A DNA stretch of 63,828 bases, filler included, from Sphacelaria rigidula (Eukaryota), in NCBI GenBank assembly GCA_964200075.2. It is 3 parts of 3 records of this genome, joined end to end, with 100 filler letters (N's around TTAATTAATTAA, not from the genome) between each part and the next. Parts side by side here need not be neighbours in the genome. Positions count along the whole stretch, not along the records: positions 42,645 to 63,828 come from CAXNAA020000456.1; 2 more parts are not named here. One strand, given 5' to 3'. The notes beneath the pieces were generated by a model. The model saw nothing but the letters and a program-made list of their open reading frames with translations, searched no databases and was not told where the DNA came from. The translations under genes were made by a program, and so were the position numbers. Shown one piece after another: positions 61,101 through 63,828 of this stretch (the first letter of the stretch is position 1; every line of letters starts with the position of its first letter).

Positions 61101-63354
61101 TCGTTGTGCTGCAGAGCTGAACAGCCATGAACAAAAATAAGAGTTTGTGGGGTTGTCTAGAGTAAGTAGTATAGTGGTACACACTCATCCAAAACCACGC
61201 TATATGCAGTGCAAGGGAAAAACATTTTTCAAGGGCGTGTACAGGAGCACCACCCCGGATGTTCCACGACTGTCTGTCCAGTCAAAACAAGTCAGAGAGT
61301 CAAATTGTTGGCGTTCATGCACTGTGGCGCCGGAACGCACTTCTCCCGCACACGCCCCGTTGCCGGCGAAACACACGCATAACTGTGCGTCCTCGGTTTG
61401 ATCTTTGGTGGCTGTTTTGAGAAAATAAACACCGTCAAAGATTACTATCGTCTCCTGTTGGCGTACATACGGCGCATATCTGCAGCGTCCACGCCCGCGT
61501 GGCACGCTACCAATTGCTGCTATGCGTGCGGTATCTGCATAGCCGAAGCAAGTAGCCGTTGAAAGGATAAATCTTGTGCACTGTTTTTTTTGTCACGACT
61601 TAGTCTGCTATGCCGTTCTGTTTGACCCCCTTTCCTTTCCCTGTTCCTTCGTTTTCTCAGAGCGTGTTTCAGTTTCGTTTTGTCTTGGGTACGTCTATCA
61701 TGAGACCGCGGCTGGACTCCTGGGGGGTCAGTTGAACTGCGACAATCAATCAAAGTTAAATCAATCAAAACTGGATACATGCCATGACAGCAGCTGAAAA
61801 AACGGCGAGCAAACATGTGCATTCGCCGTGGTTCCAGAGCTGACTGTAAACAGCGACAGGGAGGGGCCTCTCGCGCGCCGAGTTTGACCCGAACCCGTAC
61901 TCGTATGATCAAAATCCTGCCATACTGTGATCCAATTTCTACCCCCCTTTGAAGTAACTCATGAACATTCCCGAAGACGCACATCAACGAGCTTACCGAA
62001 GATTTTACTACACTTTCCAAGACATTTCAAACTCTGGGCGCAGCCGCGACCGCGTCGTAGTGCAGTAGTCCCCAACCCTTCTTCTGCCCATAGACGTATG
62101 CATTGTTAAAGTCAGCACAACTATCCTCATCAAGCCTCGAATTACGAATGATACCAATAGTCCGTTTGACTGAACCCGAGCCCGCTTTACGACAAAGTGT
62201 CAAAACCCTGCCCTCTGTTCAAACTAGCGCTGACAACTAAGAATGCCGAAAGTGTTTCGTATTGGGGCTCTCCCGGGACGCAAGAAACAACAAAAAACGA
62301 TCGTGGGTCCGAGAGGTCATAGACAAGACATTACGCTGCCACCAACGCCCCGCTGTGCGTACGATGGCTTCGCGGGGGGGAGCCACGCCATCTTGAGCGC
62401 CATGCACTTAGTTGGCCTACATACTTGTCGAACAAAATAGTTACCTGGTGCACTGACAAACAGTTGAGTGGAGAATAAACTCAGCCCTTGCACGGGGGTG
62501 AGGTGTGCCTAACGAAACACTTGCAACAATTTGTGGTCACTAAACGATTTTTGGCGGTGTGTGTGTCAAAACGGCAGGTCTAATCTGATGCTTGGTCACG
62601 GTAACACTCAGTGATTTGCTCACATGATGTGCTCAGACACCACCTCCACACGAAAGGAATAGTGAAATAAAGTTCACCCACAGACCGATCCCCCCGGTGG
62701 CTCAGTTGGAAACCTCGAACCCTTTTGACGGTTGGGTTGTGGGTTCATTTCTCGGAGCGGTCTGGGATTTCTTCTCACACCATGCCCAACAGTGGAGAGC
62801 GACTATCTCGTGGGTACACAAAAATCGACTTGACGGTCGACGAGGGAAAGGGACTGCTGAATCCCTCTCGTGATAAAAAGCAAAAGGCAAGCACCGCAGA
62901 AGGAAGGTGGGATACTATAAACAAACAAAAAATAAAATATTCCATGTTGACATTCCTCCTGTGTGACCCCGGCTGGTGCGCCCACATATACCGAAAGGTG
63001 TCGACCAGCGTCCTGAATAGATGGGACGACAACACACACACACAAACATCTGCCTTCGATCGTTATTCCACCTGATGACGGTATGGGAGCATTGATGTCA
63101 TTATTTACAGAACAGCCAGCGTCTTTATGATGGAAAACACTCACGCATCGTACACTACTAAATAGGCCCGTAAAATCGTGCCGTTCCGAATCGATCATCC
63201 TCCAGGAACATGTTGGGGGTGTATAGACTTGTACTCGAAACTTGCCTGTGCCTTTTTTTGTGCAGCCTGCAAACTTTTCGTGGCCTCCGTCATGTACGCC
63301 TGAGTTTCAGCGGGTCTCGCCTGGAACACGGACAGCAGAGCATCCACCACTTCC
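43106..63354 (-). CDS. VPS13: VPS13-family bridge-like lipid transfer protein, internal exons of the N-terminal region (partial at both ends)
   Basis: Phase-consistent exons 63354-63246, 59997-59892, 55439-55282, 53411-53277, 52634-52437, 51103-50895, 44997-44877, 43194-43106. Translation includes ISVAVDAAAPKIIVP...FLLLDTGH, SYDMELSDI, LIEPF, TADMLLTVHLQSLTLED, GLIHITY and LDARFSTLELALDKDCI, in the order expected for VPS13 N-terminal repeats. Confidence 0.8.
44040..44317 (+). repeat. Dispersed ~280-bp repeat, second copy at about 60699-60978
   Basis: tgaatgacagcctcca...cactgcctcatgg...cctggttgcctagctt...gtgttttacagcgtc occurs in two different VPS13 introns. Confidence 0.8.
45305..50780. repeat. 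5.5-kb intronic satellite built from 20-30-bp related subunits (~93-bp basic period)
   Basis: Recurrent gtttcgtttcgcttcaattc, atgatgttccggttcggccc and atgttgtttcgattcgctgcaatttttcac. The + strand is strongly T-rich. It lies between VPS13 exons 50895 and 44997. Confidence 0.95.
50895..51103 (-). CDS. VPS13: VPS13-like exon
   Basis: IKVQLPTVSLLLVE...TADMLLTVHLQSLTLEDRARPDDSPFR; cag| acceptor and |GTAC donor. Confidence 0.8.
52172..52281. repeat. Perfect 37-bp inverted repeat forming a 110-nt hairpin in a VPS13 intron
   Basis: tggcaaatggggaggtatactcatatgatgttgcatg (52172-52208) is the exact reverse complement of 52245-52281. Confidence 0.9.
54655..55000 (-). mobile_element. tRNA-derived SINE copy in a VPS13 intron
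   Basis: Reverse complement begins gccggtcgccccggtggctcagg...gggttcaaatctcg and has the same body. Confidence 0.82.
56511..57416. mobile_element. Non-autonomous TIR element with multiple subterminal CCCTGTGCGA boxes
   Basis: TIRs cgtaagttgttctgtgatcgcac / gtgcgatcacagagcaacttacg. ccctgtgc(ga) and its complement recur near both ends. Confidence 0.8.
59892..59997 (-). CDS. VPS13: VPS13-like exon with the APKIIVP...LLLDTG motif
   Basis: actcag| acceptor, |GTAAGA donor, conserved VPS13 motif. Confidence 0.82.
62684..63045 (+). mobile_element. tRNA-derived SINE, full-length copy in a VPS13 intron
   Basis: Same head, body and (CA)n tail as 2245-2592. Confidence 0.85.
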
Positions 63355-63828
63355 CTGTGGCGAAGGAAAAGGTCAAGGAACGAGAAAAGTCGAGGGACGA
63401 CGAACGATGGGTATTAAGATTGACCCTCCAACAGCCAACCAATCCTTCGTGGTGCGGAAGCGAAGAGCATTTCATTCGACTTACCCGGACTAGCTCCGAC
63501 GTCACACGATTGACGTCAAAACTAGCACGCGGTGGGTGGTTGGTTGTTGTGTGTCACGTATTGCGTGTATAGTTGTTTTGAATCAAGTGCTCTTGGGGGT
63601 GGGGGTGAGCGCCGTCTCTTCGGTGAAACGTATGTTGCACGGCACCAGTCGTCGCTCTGTTGGTGCACATGTTCTGCGTGGTCTCCGTGTTCCATTTCTT
63701 TTTTTTTTCCTTATGTTTTTCTCGTTCAGTTTTTGAGTTTTTTTTTTTTTCCATCGGGACCGACTAATCATATTCTTTTCCTCCTTCTCTTTCCTTTTTT
63801 TTTTTTTTTTTCCCCCAAAAAAAATGAA

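Noticed and set aside
62445-62452. Possible 8-nt micro-exon (cag|TGCACCAG|gtaac) in VPS13
   Set aside because: The GC-donor model joins the flanking exons in frame without it, and inclusion would shift the frame.

Overview
Eukaryotic, intron-rich genomic DNA, most consistent with a brown alga (Ectocarpus-like; inferred from the EsV-1-7 repeat gene and the repeat landscape). It consists of three contigs joined by two artificial 100-nt gaps (21223-21322, 42545-42644). Three protein-coding loci are supported, all on the minus strand. (1) An intronless gene with 18 tandem 38-aa EsV-1-7 Cys/His repeats (3510-6137). (2) The 3' part of a large multi-exon HECT E3 ubiquitin ligase with SH3-like, Vps62-like and SPRY-like segments (25831 to about 40265). 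(3) Eight internal exons of a VPS13-family gene (43106-63354) that run into the second gap and include a GC-AG intron. The remainder is a dense field of non-autonomous elements: a tRNA-derived SINE family, palindromic MITEs and foldbacks, nested TTAA-targeting elements, LTR and LINE relics, a 5.5-kb intronic satellite and two ~110-nt hairpins. The best candidate for new biology is the EsV-1-7 array, which has hypervariable residues at fixed positions in each repeat, suggesting a modular recognition code. Exon structures were spliced by hand and all family assignments come from motif recognition, not database searches.
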